From: Escherichia phage nataliec
Sequence record: MN850611.1
Length of the DNA: 64,000 nt
Reading direction: 5' to 3' (one strand)
The number at the start of each line of letters is the position of its first letter. Position 1 is the stretch's first letter. A program made the position numbers and the translations under genes. Below the pieces are notes generated by a model. The model did not search any database. It was given only the letters and a program-made list of their open reading frames with translations, and was not told the origin of the DNA. Shown in pieces: positions 17,213-35,464 of this stretch.

Positions 17213-17246
17213 AGGGGGAGACTTTAAAAGGTCTTCCCCTTTTTTG
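17213..17246 (+). terminator. Rho-independent terminator
   Basis: gggggagac / gtcttcccc stem then TTTTTTG. Confidence 0.6.
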
Positions 17247-17274
17247 TTTCTTTTAAAAGTATTAAGGAATCACA

Positions 17275-17673
17275 ATGAAAACAGAATCTAGAGTAATTAA
17301 TGGTAAGAAAGTAAATATCGTTCTGCTTGGGGCAAGAGATGGTATTAAGATGTCTATGAAGTTGGGTAAAATTGTTGTTCCAACCTTTGCACAGATGCTA
17401 TCAAGTCTGACTGACAAGGGTAAGAAGGAAGCTCCAATGGTTCCATTTAAAGAGCTTGTTGAAGCTTGTTTTGACAGAATTGAAGAAATTAACCTTGAAG
17501 AGATGGCTACCTTATTATTTCAAGGGGCAACTGTTGATGACTTCCCACTTAATATTGATACGTACTTCCAAGCAAACTACGGTGAGTTTATTGATTACTT
17601 AGCATTTGCGCTGGAGGCAAACTTCGGAAGTTTTTTCGAAGCAAGCATTTTCAAAAGCCTAACTTCTCAGTAA
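17275..17673 (+). CDS. tail assembly chaperone (putative)
   Basis: small acidic ORF immediately upstream of tape measure. Confidence 0.45.
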   Translation: MKTESRVINGKKVNIVLLGARDGIKMSMKLGKIVVPTFAQMLSSLTDKGKKEAPMVPFKELVEACFDRIEEINLEEMATLLFQGATVDDFPLNIDTYFQANYGEFIDYLAFALEANFGSFFEASIFKSLTSQ

Positions 17674-17675
17674 AC

Positions 17676-17914
17676 ATGGGTAACACTCTACAGACACCAC
17701 TAACTGATGCTGCTGTAGAGGCAACCTATGAAGAGGCAGACGAGATGAAATTTGTGCTTGCTATTTATGGTATGGAAGGGTGTAAAGAAACACTTGACCA
17801 ACTCTTTGCTATGACATTCTCTGATTTATTATCATTGAGACAATTTCTTGAAATTCAGAGGTCGTATAAAGAGGAAATTGCTTACAACGAACTTAGAAGA
17901 GCAGGAAAAATGTA

Positions 17915-17915
<1 letters not shown>
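17676..17915 (+). CDS. tail assembly chaperone (putative, second)
   Basis: 79-aa ORF upstream of tape measure. Confidence 0.4.
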
Positions 17916-25931
<8,016 letters not shown>

Positions 25932-25933
25932 TA

Positions 25934-27082
25934 ATGGCAGTAGGTGAAATTCAAATTAGTGCCTTGCCTCAAGCAGCCTTACCAATTGACCTTAGTGATA
26001 TCTTCCATCTTAAACAGGGTATCGAGGATAAGAGATGTACTCTTGAGCAATTACTTGCTCCACACTCAAGCCTAAGAAATAACCCTCATGGTGTTACTAA
26101 GACACAAATTGGTCTAGACAATGTTATTAATGCTCTTCAGTTAGTTGCTGCAAATAACTTATCAGATATTGTTAATGTAGCTGAGGCAAGAGCAAATCTA
26201 CAGATTATGTCTTCAGAAGAGGTTAATAGCCTTATTCAACAGCATATTAATGACAAGAGCAACCCACACAATACAACTAAGGCACAGGTTGGTTTAAGTA
26301 ATGTCCAGAACTGGACAACATCTAACCTTTATAATGAAGATGCAGATAAGTATGCTACAGCAAGAGCAGTAAATAACTTGTACAAGGCTGTTCAGGCTTC
26401 TTATCCAGTAGGTACTATCCATCTCTCTATGAATCCTGCAAACCCCTCTACATATTTAATTTGTGGAGGCACTTGGGAGTTAGTCTCAAAAGGGAGAGCA
26501 CTTGTAGGTTATGATAGTGATTCTAGGCCAGTTGGTTCAACGTTTGGTTCACAGACTACTGCACTGACGGCTAATAACATCCCTGCACATACCCACTCAG
26601 TGTATGTCACTGGTGGTGGTCACACTCATGGTGCAACTGCCTCTATCAGTGCTTTTGATTATGGCACTAAAGGGACTACAACGTTTGACTACGGAACCAA
26701 GACCGTATCTACTTACGACTATGGCAACAGAACAACAAGTGCCGCTGGCTTAACACAAACAACATTCATTAACCGTGGCTATGCTGATGGTGGCTGGAGA
26801 GGTTTATCGGTTGAGGGGGCAAGCTATGACCCAAGAGCTACGTTGACAACAGCTAACAACCACACTCACTCTGTAGCAATTGGTGCGCATAATCATACGG
26901 TTGGTATTGGTGCTCACAGCCATTCTGTTGCAATTGGTTCCCACAGCCACTCAGCAACAGTAACAGTAACCGGAGCAGGTGAGCATTCGCACTCTGGCAC
27001 AACTGGTCCAACTGGTTCTGGTCAAGCATTTAGCGTTGAACAGCCATCCTTCGTATTGTATGTATGGCAGAGAACAGCTTAA
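25934..27082 (+). CDS. tail fibre protein with His-rich (HxH) C-terminal tip domain
   Basis: repeated HTHS/HSHS/HNHT motifs and 'FDYGTK' repeats; C-terminal '...AFSV.Q..F.LY.W.RTA'. Confidence 0.65.
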   Translation: MAVGEIQISALPQAALPIDLSDIFHLKQGIEDKRCTLEQLLAPHSSLRNNPHGVTKTQIGLDNVINALQLVAANNLSDIVNVAEARANLQIMSSEEVNSLIQQHINDKSNPHNTTKAQVGLSNVQNWTTSNLYNEDADKYATARAVNNLYKAVQASYPVGTIHLSMNPANPSTYLICGGTWELVSKGRALVGYDSDSRPVGSTFGSQTTALTANNIPAHTHSVYVTGGGHTHGATASISAFDYGTKGTTTFDYGTKTVSTYDYGNRTTSAAGLTQTTFINRGYADGGWRGLSVEGASYDPRATLTTANNHTHSVAIGAHNHTVGIGAHSHSVAIGSHSHSATVTVTGAGEHSHSGTTGPTGSGQAFSVEQPSFVLYVWQRTA

Positions 27083-27091
27083 TTTCTTTAC

Positions 27092-27112
27092 AGGGGCTGT
27101 ATAGCCCCTTTT
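27092..27112 (+). terminator. Rho-independent terminator
   Basis: ggggct-gtat-agcccc + TTTT. Confidence 0.55.
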
Positions 27113-27128
27113 AAGAGGAAAATTTATA

Positions 27129-29468
27129 ATGGCAGATTACAAGTTGAGTGAATTAAACTCAATTGATACAATTCGTTCAGACGACCTCCTTCATGTCAGG
27201 GTTAAAAAGAGACCTGAAATGCTGGGTGATGAAGACCGTCGAATGACCTATCAAGACTTCTTAGCATCTTTTAAACTAGAAAGATTTGTCCAGATTGCTG
27301 GTAGCACTATGACGGGTGACTTAGGAATTGTCAAGTTACTTTATGGTGGTAAGGCAGTATTTGACCCTACAGGTTCTTCTGAGATTACTATGGGGGATGT
27401 TTTAAAGGCTTTTAAAATCAATGCAAATGGTCTTAAACTAACTATTGCAGATGCTTCAAGGTCTGCAACTGTTTATCATACTCTTAATAAGCCAAGTCCT
27501 AATGAACTTGGGATGAGAACTAATGAAGAGAATGATGCAAGATATGCAAGACTGGCTGTAAATAACACCTTTAGAGCCACTCAAAATATTCTATCTGATA
27601 ATGAAACTATTATTGTTAAGAATGTTACACAAGGGATGCCGCTGTATATTCGCGGTCAAGATGCAGATGGCTCTAACAGGTGGTATCTAGGCAATGATAA
27701 CAAAGGTACAGACAATCTTGTTTTAAAAAATGTTAAATCTGGTGCATATGTAGCTATTTTGGATAGCTTAATCACTGTGAACAAATCTATCCAGATTACT
27801 GGTCAAGTTCAGCCTTCTGACTTCTCTAACTTAGATGCTAGATACTTTACTCAGACAGCAGCTAATCAGAGATTTGCGCAGCTAGTTGGTAATAACACCT
27901 TCAGAGGTATTAATAATTTTGTAGGTGAGTTCAATATTACCAGAGATAATGCTGTGCTAGTTATTAAAAATGCCTCTGATGCAACTGGACTATACCTGCT
28001 TGGTCAGAAAGCTGATGGGACAAACAAGTTCTACTTAGGGACTGATAACTCTGATTCTGTAGTCAACCTACATAACTACACCACGAGTACAACTATCTCT
28101 TTGTCAAATGTGATTACCACTACTAAGACTGTGAAAATCACTGGTCAAGTTCAACCTTCAGATTGGGCTAACATTGACTCTAGATATATTCCGGCAGCAA
28201 CATTAAGTACGATTGCAAGAACTAATGGAAGTAACACGTTCACTGCAAAGCAGGTTATTAACACTAATGGTGAAGCTCTCGTGTTACAAGGAAAATCAAC
28301 CTCCGCACTTTACATTAGGGGTAAGGATTATGATGGAACGAATAGGTGGTATGTTGGCAATGACGACGGCAGTGACACTGTTAGTTTGTATAACTATAAA
28401 ACTGGTAAAAGCCTAAGCATTGGTTCCGAAGTATCAATTAATGCAAACTTAGTAATTAGTGGTCAAGTACAACCTAGCAACTTCACAAACTTTGATGCAA
28501 GGTATTACGGTAAAGCCGAAGCCGATTCAAAGTATTTCTGGTCAGCATTCAGAGCTTCGAAGACCGAGGCTGCTGGTGGTGTGGCTTGGGACCAACCCTC
28601 AGGAATCTATCTTGAGACAAAATCTAGCGGGCAAAACCGTTTAGTCTTGCACATGGCCTCTAATGCGAAAGCCCTAACACCATCTGCACAATTAAGATTT
28701 GAATCGAAAAATGGTGGGATGTGGTACAGGTCAGCCAGAGACACACTTGGCTTTGAGGTTGAATGGTCTAAGGTTTACACTGAAGCTCAGAAACCTACCC
28801 CTTCAGAGATTGGTGCATACACTAAAGCTGAAACTGACCAGAAGATTGCAGAAGCAGTAAGTGACTCTACAGACCTTAACAAAATCTACCCAGTAGGCAT
28901 TGTAACGTGGTTTAACAGTAATGTTGACCCTAATACAGCACTGCCTGGCCTAACTTGGACGTATCTGAATAATGGTGTTGGTAGGACTATTAGAATTGCA
29001 GCAGCAAATGGTTCAGATGTTGCTACAACTGGTGGTTCAGATTCTGTAACGTTATCTGTTGGTAACTTACCTTCACACACGCACAGTTTTTCTGCGACTA
29101 CCTCATCGTTTGACTACGGAACAAAAAACACTAACACGACTGGTGCTCACGCTCACTCTGTAAGTGGCTCTACTTCATCTGCTGGTAACCACAACCATTC
29201 CATTTCGTGGATTGGTCAGAACTCTACACACTACTCTGGTGGTGGTGGTGGTAGTATTGGTGTAGGACCGGGTTACACCAATGCTAACGGTGCTCACACC
29301 CACTCTGTAAGTGGTACTGCCGCTTCTGCTGGTAACCATGCTCACAGTGTTGGTATTGGTGCTCACAGCCATACAGTTAGTGGCAACACTGGTGGTACAG
29401 GTTCTGGTTCAGCATTTAGTGTTACTAACCAGTTCTACAAGTTAATGGCTTGGGTGAGAACTGCTTAA
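27129..29468 (+). CDS. long tail fibre protein with three internal ~110-aa repeats and C-terminal HxH tip domain paralogous to previous gene
   Basis: repeated '...NTFR...ITGQVQPSD(F/W).N.D.RY' modules; C-terminus 'HTHS...AHSH...SAFSV.NQFYKLMAWVRTA'. Confidence 0.7.
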   Translation: MADYKLSELNSIDTIRSDDLLHVRVKKRPEMLGDEDRRMTYQDFLASFKLERFVQIAGSTMTGDLGIVKLLYGGKAVFDPTGSSEITMGDVLKAFKINANGLKLTIADASRSATVYHTLNKPSPNELGMRTNEENDARYARLAVNNTFRATQNILSDNETIIVKNVTQGMPLYIRGQDADGSNRWYLGNDNKGTDNLVLKNVKSGAYVAILDSLITVNKSIQITGQVQPSDFSNLDARYFTQTAANQRFAQLVGNNTFRGINNFVGEFNITRDNAVLVIKNASDATGLYLLGQKADGTNKFYLGTDNSDSVVNLHNYTTSTTISLSNVITTTKTVKITGQVQPSDWANIDSRYIPAATLSTIARTNGSNTFTAKQVINTNGEALVLQGKSTSALYIRGKDYDGTNRWYVGNDDGSDTVSLYNYKTGKSLSIGSEVSINANLVISGQVQPSNFTNFDARYYGKAEADSKYFWSAFRASKTEAAGGVAWDQPSGIYLETKSSGQNRLVLHMASNAKALTPSAQLRFESKNGGMWYRSARDTLGFEVEWSKVYTEAQKPTPSEIGAYTKAETDQKIAEAVSDSTDLNKIYPVGIVTWFNSNVDPNTALPGLTWTYLNNGVGRTIRIAAANGSDVATTGGSDSVTLSVGNLPSHTHSFSATTSSFDYGTKNTNTTGAHAHSVSGSTSSAGNHNHSISWIGQNSTHYSGGGGGSIGVGPGYTNANGAHTHSVSGTAASAGNHAHSVGIGAHSHTVSGNTGGTGSGSAFSVTNQFYKLMAWVRTA

Positions 29469-29475
29469 TCCCTTG

Positions 29476-29504
29476 TTGACTGATTGTTAAGATGGTGTTA
29501 ATAT
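29476..29504 (+). promoter_or_regulatory. sigma70-like promoter TTGACT-17-TAATAT overlapping 9-bp inverted repeat
   Basis: -35 29476-29481, -10 29499-29504; inverted repeat aagatggtg / caccatctt. Confidence 0.45.
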
Positions 29505-29547
29505 TCTTTATGGGTATTCTCACCATCTTGGCTGATGAGGTGATTAA

Positions 29548-29742
29548 ATGCCTACAATCCTAGCAATTCTTCTAAAAAATCTAGGTAGCTTCTTCTGGAA
29601 ACTCATTTTATCCCTTCTAAGTGAATACATGATTGAGAAAGTGTTCTTTAGGCTTGCAAGATACCTTGCGAGTAAGACAGACACACCTATTGATGATGAG
29701 TTCGTAGATAACTTAGAAAAAGCTTTTAAGGGGGAGAAATAA
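29548..29742 (+). CDS. hypothetical small membrane protein
   Basis: 64-aa ORF, hydrophobic N-terminus. Confidence 0.4.
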   Translation: MPTILAILLKNLGSFFWKLILSLLSEYMIEKVFFRLARYLASKTDTPIDDEFVDNLEKAFKGEK

Positions 29743-30114
29743 ATGAAGTGGCTAGAGGAAGCTTTTAAAAATAATATTGGTGCAATTGTAGTTGGTATTT
29801 TTAGTGTTATTGGGATGTATACCACCATGCAAGTTTCGGATGGTAAACAAGAAGTGTCTATCACAACAAAGTTGCAACAGCTAGATAATTATTCCAAAAG
29901 CAATTATTCAGCTATTCGTGATTTACAATCTGATATGAGGCTGCTTCAGCTAGGGATGGAGAACCAGAAAGTCCAGTTAGAGAATGTTAAGGGAGAGAAC
30001 GCAAAACTTACTAAGACTCTTGATAAATTCTCTGATAGTGTTAACAATCTGGCTCAATCAGTATCAGCCCTCCAAGCTATTACTGAAAAGAACACAAAGA
30101 ATACTGAAAAATAA
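29743..30114 (+). CDS. hypothetical membrane-anchored coiled-coil protein
   Basis: N-terminal TM helix (IGAIVVGIFSVIGMY) then coiled coil. Confidence 0.45.
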   Translation: MKWLEEAFKNNIGAIVVGIFSVIGMYTTMQVSDGKQEVSITTKLQQLDNYSKSNYSAIRDLQSDMRLLQLGMENQKVQLENVKGENAKLTKTLDKFSDSVNNLAQSVSALQAITEKNTKNTEK

Positions 30115-30120
30115 AATTTT

Positions 30121-30150
30121 AAGGCTCCTTTTTACGGGAGCCTTTTTTGT
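30121..30150. terminator. bidirectional Rho-independent terminator between convergent genes
   Basis: ggctcc-tttttacg-ggagcc flanked by T runs on both strands. Confidence 0.6.
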
Positions 30151-30152
30151 TT

Positions 30153-31052
30153 CTACTTACCTACTGACAAAGGTGCTTCAATCTTTCCTGCATGTTGGTA
30201 GTTACTAATTCCACCGATAAAGTCACTTGCAGTAAGATGTTTCAGGTCACTTAAAGTATTAAGTTGTAGACCAATCTCAAAAGTTGGTGCATGGAACTCT
30301 TCATTGTTCATCAGTTCATAAACCTGCTTCATATGATTCTGATAAATCTGAGTATCTCCAAAGACACCTATCAAGTACCGTGGAGTGTATCCAGTCATCT
30401 TACAAAGAACTTCCAGAATAAAACCATAAGATGCAATATTAAACGGAAGTCCTAAAAAGGTGTCTACTGAACGCTGATACCACTGTAAGTCAACTTCACC
30501 CTCGTTAGTAATATAAATCTGAAACAGAACATGGCAAGGTGCTAGAGCCATTGAGTTTGCTGCAATATCTGCTGCATTCCAAGCATTCACAAGCATGTAA
30601 CGGTCTGTGATATCACCCTTCATCTTCGTTACTAAGGTCTCTAGCTGGTCTACAACACAACCGTTATGACCTTCAAAGTTTCTCCACTGAACCCCGTAGA
30701 TTCTCCCGCCTGCATCTTCTAACCAGTCTTGTTCAGAAGAATAGTTAGAACTTAACCAGCGTTTAAAATCATCTGACCAGATAGTCCAGCGTTCTCCATC
30801 ATTTTCACCCCAAGTACGGTAACGGAGTTCACCAAGCTTATTCTCACCATTCAGGAACCATAAAGCTTCCCCAATAACTTGCCGTGTAAACACCTGTTTA
30901 GATGTTAAGAGTGGGAAACCAGTACGCATGTCAAAACGAAACTTCGGTGGAGCAAATGCAGAGATAACATCTCCAGTTCGTGTAGTACGCAGTTCACCAA
31001 CTGATAAAACATGGTTCAGGATATTTTTGTAGCTTGTATCTGCTTGTGACAT
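30153..31052 (-). CDS. thyA: thymidylate synthase
   Basis: active-site motif 'MALAPCHVLFQ'; ~300 aa. Confidence 0.85.
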   Translation of the reverse strand: MSQADTSYKNILNHVLSVGELRTTRTGDVISAFAPPKFRFDMRTGFPLLTSKQVFTRQVIGEALWFLNGENKLGELRYRTWGENDGERWTIWSDDFKRWLSSNYSSEQDWLEDAGGRIYGVQWRNFEGHNGCVVDQLETLVTKMKGDITDRYMLVNAWNAADIAANSMALAPCHVLFQIYITNEGEVDLQWYQRSVDTFLGLPFNIASYGFILEVLCKMTGYTPRYLIGVFGDTQIYQNHMKQVYELMNNEEFHAPTFEIGLQLNTLSDLKHLTASDFIGGISNYQHAGKIEAPLSVGK

Positions 31053-31053
31053 A

Positions 31054-31599
31054 TTAAAAGTGCCCTTTTACTTGTGGAACATAAATTTCAAAGGTTGCTT
31101 TACCATCCTCTGATGGTTTTGACTGTACCTTTGTAAATACACGGTTATCATACAGCTTCTCAAAGAAGTTTTCAAAAGGTAAATGCACAGTGGCCTCTTC
31201 AGTAACTTTATGGAAAACTGTATGGAAAACTACACCAGCATACGGCAAAGCATTGACAAGAACACCTGCACCACCAATTACAAAGACATCTTCATCAATA
31301 GAGCTATCAAGATACTTCAAAAATGCTCCAAATGACTCTTTACTGGCTTTAGCATACATTACATCATCTTTGCCAAAGTCTATGCCTAAGTATGGTACAG
31401 AATTTGTTAAGACAAGGTTTGCACGTTCTGGTAAAGGTTTACTACCCAGAGTCTTAAAAGTCTCATTACCCATGACTACTAAGTTATTTTTAGTGAGTCT
31501 CTTAAACTCTTGCATGTCCTGTTTATGTCGAGGCCACGGCATACCAGTCGGTGTACCAAATTCACCGTTTTCACCACTTGCAAATATTAGTTTAATCAT
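31054..31599 (-). CDS. dihydrofolate reductase
   Basis: 'MIKLIFASGENGEFG...MPWP' and 'VFVIGGAGVL' DHFR motifs; adjacent to thyA. Confidence 0.8.
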   Translation of the reverse strand: MIKLIFASGENGEFGTPTGMPWPRHKQDMQEFKRLTKNNLVVMGNETFKTLGSKPLPERANLVLTNSVPYLGIDFGKDDVMYAKASKESFGAFLKYLDSSIDEDVFVIGGAGVLVNALPYAGVVFHTVFHKVTEEATVHLPFENFFEKLYDNRVFTKVQSKPSEDGKATFEIYVPQVKGHF

Positions 31600-31856
31600 T
31601 TTGTAAACCCTTTCTTAATGAACCAGTTGATGACACTCTTCACAAATTTACTACGATGGTAGATAAAATGTGGAGAGGGTTGGTATGAACCATAAGCCCA
31701 GAAAGCGATAATTTCATTACACCCTGTGCATCGGGTACTTTCTTCAGCAATATGACCGTTGACTATTTCATTTACCTCACCTTGTAAGTCTGTACACCCA
31801 CAATGTGGACAACGGATAGGTGTTCCATCAGACTCATAGCAGTGTTCAATTTTCAT
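31596..31856 (-). CDS. small zinc-ribbon protein
   Basis: CPHCGC...CTGCN Cys4 pattern. Confidence 0.45.
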   Translation of the reverse strand: MKIEHCYESDGTPIRCPHCGCTDLQGEVNEIVNGHIAEESTRCTGCNEIIAFWAYGSYQPSPHFIYHRSKFVKSVINWFIKKGFTK

Positions 31857-32372
31857 CTATTTAACCTCAAAAACTGGCTCAAGAACCAATATAAAGTCTA
31901 CACAGTCATCTTCTTCATCCAGAACACCATCAAAGTTCTTAGGAACGAAGTCGAAGAGGCTCATAACAAAACAGTCAGAAGTGACCCTGATAGTTCCTCC
32001 CATGTTCTCTACAGTTAACACTGTACGACTTTCTTTTACCTCCCTCAGAAGATTACCCACAAAGTCATCCAAGAAGTACTTCATTAGTGACTTAAAACCT
32101 TTAGGGTAATCTGTACCAGAGTATGTTTCAATCTGGGGAACAAGCTTAACATTTATACTAGTCTTTGTTAAGAATGTATTAGAGAACATACTATCAGGTA
32201 ACTTACAAACAGTCTTTCCAGTACCTTCATGTTCAATCTCAACAAAACCAGCTTCATCGCCACATGTAACTATTTTAAAAGATGCTTCATTCTCATACTG
32301 TGAAGCCATAAACTTTTTAAGCATCACTTTAAGGAAGTCTGCATGAGCATCTTGTAAGAAGATATCAATCAT
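31857..32372 (-). CDS. hypothetical protein
   Basis: track ORF in co-directional tight array. Confidence 0.45.
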   Translation of the reverse strand: MIDIFLQDAHADFLKVMLKKFMASQYENEASFKIVTCGDEAGFVEIEHEGTGKTVCKLPDSMFSNTFLTKTSINVKLVPQIETYSGTDYPKGFKSLMKYFLDDFVGNLLREVKESRTVLTVENMGGTIRVTSDCFVMSLFDFVPKNFDGVLDEEDDCVDFILVLEPVFEVK

Positions 32373-32385
32373 AGTTAATCACCTA

Positions 32386-32745
32386 TTATGGGAACAAGCA
32401 CTTAATGTCATCGTTTTTGAAAACAAAACTTGTGTAGTTATGACCATCAACATCCAGCCAAACAGCCTGAACATCTACACCATCAAGATTCTGGTAAAGT
32501 TCTTTGATGAAGTGGTCTTTCACAATCTGACTGCTAGTTGTTTCCAGCTTAATGTTCGAGATTGCTGAACCTACAGCCATATAGCCCATGACACGTTTCT
32601 TCTCAGTATGCTTAATCTTACCATCTTTGTAAGCCATAATGAGATTGGAAAGAATCTTTACACCATAATACTTTTCAAGGTGAGTAGGTACACCATAAAA
32701 GCCTAATGCGAAGTTTTCAGAGTGGATAATGTTTTCACGTTTCAT
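32386..32745 (-). CDS. hypothetical protein
   Basis: track ORF. Confidence 0.45.
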   Translation of the reverse strand: MKRENIIHSENFALGFYGVPTHLEKYYGVKILSNLIMAYKDGKIKHTEKKRVMGYMAVGSAISNIKLETTSSQIVKDHFIKELYQNLDGVDVQAVWLDVDGHNYTSFVFKNDDIKCLFP

Positions 32746-32746
32746 A

Positions 32747-33076
32747 TTAGTCTGCCAACCTTAAATTGAAATTAACACCAAATTTTTCACATACTTCCAA
32801 CATATACTCAAGGGAAACATTACCAGTGAGGTGGATTATGTTGGATACACGAGCCTGAGAGATACCACAAATTTTAGCAACTTGCTCTTGAGAAAGACCT
32901 CTTGATTTAATCTCTCTCTTAAAACGATGTGCAACGAAGTCTCTCATTTCGTCTACATCCATTGGACAAACATAACTCTCCATTTCAGCCTCTCTATCAG
33001 CCTCCCAATCATCTTGTGGAGCATAAGGGTCAAAAGCCTCATTCATCTTTCTTCTTCCGTTTGCGTGAAGTGTCAA
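32747..33076 (-). CDS. HTH (XRE/Cro-like) DNA-binding protein
   Basis: helix-turn-helix 'LSQEQVAKICGISQARVSNIIH'. Confidence 0.6.
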   Translation of the reverse strand: MTLHANGRRKMNEAFDPYAPQDDWEADREAEMESYVCPMDVDEMRDFVAHRFKREIKSRGLSQEQVAKICGISQARVSNIIHLTGNVSLEYMLEVCEKFGVNFNLRLAD

Positions 33077-33251
33077 TCAATGAATCTATGTTTGTAGCCC
33101 TAACCTTTTCACGTTCATCGTTAAGATAATCATCAAGAGCCTTTTCAATCTGTGAATCATCTTGGCAGATAACTGTAAAGACTGTAAAGCCATCTGTATC
33201 ATCAATTATCTTACCATAACCGCTTCTGGGATGTAACTTTTTAAGAGCCAT
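33039..33251 (-). CDS. hypothetical small protein
   Basis: track ORF, overlaps upstream gene start. Confidence 0.35.
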   Translation of the reverse strand: MALKKLHPRSGYGKIIDDTDGFTVFTVICQDDSQIEKALDDYLNDEREKVRATNIDSLIDTSRKRKKKDE

Positions 33252-33252
33252 A

Positions 33253-33636
33253 TCAAATACCTGTGCAGCTTCTGTTTTCTAAGAAATACTCAACACCGTA
33301 CATAGCTTTTTGCATCAAATCTTCTTTAAACTGGATACGATGGTTGAGCATAGCTTGTACATCAATATCGTCACGGTGTTTCTCTTTAATGTTTGCAGAT
33401 TGCAGGAAATACTCTGCAAGAACACGATATTGATAGTCAGTTACCTTATCAGTCATCTCTGTCAAAGACTCTTCAGAGATTGGTTTAAGTAACTCACCAT
33501 TAGCTAGAGCGACACCTTTTACAATCTGGCAAGTGTCTTCTGGAACACCTGATAAGTCCACATTTGGGAGTTCTGTTGCATTGACTGGTAAATTCATTGC
33601 CATAACCATTGCAGCAGCTAATAAAATCTTTTTCAT
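33253..33636 (-). CDS. secreted/periplasmic protein with signal peptide
   Basis: N-terminus 'MKKILLAAAMVMAMNLPVNA' signal-peptide-like. Confidence 0.5.
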   Translation of the reverse strand: MKKILLAAAMVMAMNLPVNATELPNVDLSGVPEDTCQIVKGVALANGELLKPISEESLTEMTDKVTDYQYRVLAEYFLQSANIKEKHRDDIDVQAMLNHRIQFKEDLMQKAMYGVEYFLENRSCTGI

Positions 33637-33720
33637 AATGACCTCAAAGTTATATTAAATTTTGTATTACATTGAGTATAAAAATAAGCTATAACACCTG
33701 ACTTGTCAACAGATTTTATA

Positions 33721-34125
33721 GCTTATTTGGCAGATTTTTTATAAGGCTACTGCCATCCTTCCATACCAAACCCTACCGAACAGAACCATGCTTTGCCATA
33801 CTGGACAACACCTGACCAGACATCACTTAAAAACCCTTTTCAAAGACTCTTAAGTGATGTAATCGAATTTTAATGTAGCTCCGATTAACTACCCATACCT
33901 TGCATTACTTCACCAAACCATACATTACCAGACCATGCCACACCTGTCCAAACTCAACCTCATTAAAAGACCCTCTTTAAAGACCTTTTAATAAGGTAAG
34001 TCTCATTTTTATGTAGTTGAGACTAACTACCCATACCAGACCCTACCTTACCAAACCAGACCTCACCCTACCCCACCATACCGTATACTACCTCATTAAA
34101 AGACCCTGTTTAAAGACCTTTTAAA
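33721..34125. repeat. three tandem ~130-bp intergenic repeat units (CA-rich on plus strand) each ending in a palindromic motif
   Basis: recurring 'tttttat..gtagct..actacccatacc...[CA-rich]...cat(c/t)a(c/a)ttaaaa(g/a)accc' units; palindrome catcacttaa(33820-33829)/ttaagtgatg(33849-33858). Confidence 0.6.
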
Positions 34126-34146
34126 AAGGAGCCTCCGAAGAGGCTA
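34121..34146 (-). terminator. Rho-independent terminator (minus strand)
   Basis: gcctc-cgaa-gaggc hairpin followed on minus strand by CCTTTTTAA. Confidence 0.5.
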
Positions 34147-34156
34147 CCCAGTCAAC

Positions 34157-34597
34157 TTAGAAAGGTTTTCTGCGTTGCTTGTTAATGTTAGCTTTCATAG
34201 CAGCTAAATGGTTTTGCTGTTCAATCAGTCGTGAACGTTCTTGATGGCTAAGTGCCATAGTGTTCACATTCTCAATCGCTTGAGTGGCTTGCTTTAAAGC
34301 ACGACCAATCTTACCAGACATTTTGCGTTTTGCAATAGTTGCTTGATGCTTAGGTTCGACAACACGATAACCAACACCCATTGAAGCAACCAGATAAATC
34401 TTCTCTTCTTTAAGAAGCTTCTCAATAAACTTCTCAAGTCGGTTTAGACGTGTAAGTGCATAAGCCTTCATTTCATCTTCGTACTTAACAATGTCACCTT
34501 GATAGGTTGGCTTCACAATACCTAAGAAGGTATCCATCTCAGAATGTGATACAGTGTCACCGTAACTAAACTTTGCTGCTAATGCTTTTGTATTCAT
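34157..34597 (-). CDS. hypothetical protein
   Basis: track ORF. Confidence 0.45.
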   Translation of the reverse strand: MNTKALAAKFSYGDTVSHSEMDTFLGIVKPTYQGDIVKYEDEMKAYALTRLNRLEKFIEKLLKEEKIYLVASMGVGYRVVEPKHQATIAKRKMSGKIGRALKQATQAIENVNTMALSHQERSRLIEQQNHLAAMKANINKQRRKPF

Positions 34598-34599
34598 AA

Positions 34600-35205
<606 letters not shown>

Positions 35206-35269
35206 TTAGTTGATTGTTAAGTTGTTTGTAAAGAACCCTCAACAGAAGACTCTTTAGAAACTTGGTAGA

Positions 35270-35440
35270 TTTTTAACGTGGCTACTACCATCCACCCATA
35301 CCTCACCTAACAACACCTAACAACACAAAACTACACCCCACACCACCGCACCACACCAAACATCACTTAAAAACCCTCTTAGAAGACCCTTAAGTGATGC
35401 TGGTGAGTACCCGTTGGTTTATGCTGCTCAGTATACTCAC
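35270..35440. repeat. fourth copy of the CA-rich intergenic repeat unit with the same terminal palindrome, plus 8-bp inverted repeat ggtgagta/tactcacc
   Basis: catcacttaa 35360-35369 / ttaagtgatg 35388-35397; ggtgagta 35401-35408 / tactcacc 35433-35440. Confidence 0.55.
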
Positions 35441-35464
35441 CAAATTTTCTATGTCAACAACTTT

